From the NCBI GenBank assembly GCA_036172245.1, contig JAYWIR010000032.1, positions 1,798,001-1,862,000 on the forward strand: a stretch of DNA of 64,000 nucleotides, read 5' to 3'. The DNA comes from Raillietiella orientalis (Eukaryota). Position numbers and translations under genes: made by a program. The first letter of the stretch is position 1, and the number at the start of each line of letters is the position of its first letter. The notes below the pieces were generated by a model. It was given only the letters and a program-made list of their open reading frames with translations. It did no database searches and was not told the DNA's origin. Positions 62,450-64,000 of the stretch are shown one piece after another.

Positions 62450-63025
62450 CTGCCAAGGAAGACTCCGGAAGAAGAAGTCCATTTTTCTTACCCTTGAGAG
62501 GGAGTCCTGAAGGGAATCTCTTCCTCATTCTCTCTAAAGGGGTTGGCCCCTGAGGAAAAGGCCACTTCTCATTCTTCTCCAAAGAGAACTCGGAAAGGAC
62601 CTGCTCTTGGAATTTCGTCTCTAGAGACAACTACTCCTTGTTACTCCTCTAGAGAGAATCTTGAAGGGACGCTTGGACATTTCTCTGAAAGGGTCTCTTC
62701 CCAAAGGGAGCAGCGCGCTTCTTGATACTCTGGAGAGGCAACCCCTGAAGGAGGGTATCAACCAGCTCCATGGTACGTGATAGAGGGTCTCTTCCCGAAG
62801 GGAACTCCGAAAGGAACCGACTCTTTGATTTGCGGAAGGATCTTGGAGGACCAACTTCCAGTCCCTGCCAGTCGACGGGGCATCTGGTTTCCGGTTGCCA
62901 CGAGTGCCGCTCCCGAATATAGGCCAGCCAGCGTTATCTTACGGAAGAACCCATTTTTCGGCGTCGATCCTTTCTCGGAAGGTATTCGAACCCGCAACGT
63001 TCGGTACTCCACGAGTGGAGGCCAC
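62450..63025 (-). mobile_element. SINE-like family A, copy 5
   Basis: ccatttttcggcgtcgatcc...attcgaacccgc head and gggtatcaaccagctccatgg body. Confidence 0.7.
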
Positions 63026-64000
63026 AGTCACACGACCGCCAGCGCGGTCAACACCAAAGAAGAAGGCAGGAAATCCCTGTTTTTCCGACCAGTGTTTTTC
63101 AAGCTTCTATGGAGCCTGGACCAGTTTGTGTCCCATTGTTGTCATCGCGATTTGTCGAAGCGCCCTTTCCACGCAGACGCACGAACCAGCCACGTCGGCT
63201 TCTCTCCACGCGAAATGCAACTCTGATGGTGTTGGCCTCCCGGTGCTCTACCTCGTGGACGGTTGAGGGTGCGGACTCATTGCTTCCCTAGCAAAGAAAG
63301 TGGAAAGGGAGGACGGTTCATTCCTCAACTCCTGTTCTTGGAAGTACGAGAGCGGCGCTCTCCGGAGACTTCTTTGAGGGAGTCGTAAGAGATGGATCCC
63401 TCTAGATGGGCAGAAGTGGCCAAGGGTCCGAATGCATCCTATGTGGCTCGTGGGGTTGGTCCTTGAAGAATGTTCCAGGTGCCAAATCTCCTGCTGCCGA
63501 CATCCGGGCTGTCCTGCAGCTGCAAGGATTTTTGGAGCTCCTTCAATGGCCTTCGAAGGGGCCACCAGTCTATCGGATGGTGGGACACTCTCCCTATTAG
63601 GGGTTCAGTAAAGAGTCTAGTGAGAGTCTTTGCCTTTTCTGAAATTGGGGTCACATGATTTCCCCAGTGGGCTTTGTAGCCATCTCCTCCTCCCTTCATT
63701 ACTGTTAGGGTCATAAGCTCTTCCATTTTTATAAGTGCGGGAGCGCTGTTTCCTCCTCGCCGAAAGCAATAAGAAGTCCCGTTTTCAATTTCATGCCTTA
63801 TTGACGAGTTCACTGCGCACGTGAACTTCCTTTAAACGAACAGTCGTGACCAAAGGTTCGAGAGACAAGGGGAACCCGGAACTGCCTGGAAAAAAAAGAA
63901 AAAAGGAAACGCAGGAAAGAGAGCAAGTAAACAGATACTCCGCTTGCCATAAAGACCGCTAGCACGGCAGTGGCAGCCCTACCTGTGAACTCTCCACGTG

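Overview
Eukaryotic, arthropod-like genomic DNA, not prokaryotic, so most ORFs in the six-frame track are spurious or are exon fragments. The window is dominated by one multi-exon Plexin-B-like semaphorin receptor gene on the minus strand. I traced 13 coding exons (44326 to 822) with GT-AG boundaries and consistent phases, encoding about 1357 aa: signal peptide, Sema, PSI/IPT repeats, transmembrane helix and the start of the cytoplasmic region. The GAP/RBD exons presumably lie left of the window. Introns and the upstream ~19 kb hold diverged repeats: a tRNA-headed SINE-like family, non-LTR retrotransposon fragments, minisatellites and purine tracts. Two long, near-perfect inverted repeats stand out. 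A 100%-identical pair of at least 306 bp (1-306 / 2070-2375) brackets the phase-symmetric exon block containing the transmembrane helix. A second pair (about 48740-49580 / 55503-56020) carries a variable-copy 106-bp satellite. I see no proven novel system; the best candidate is inverted-repeat-driven skipping or circularisation of the transmembrane exon block.
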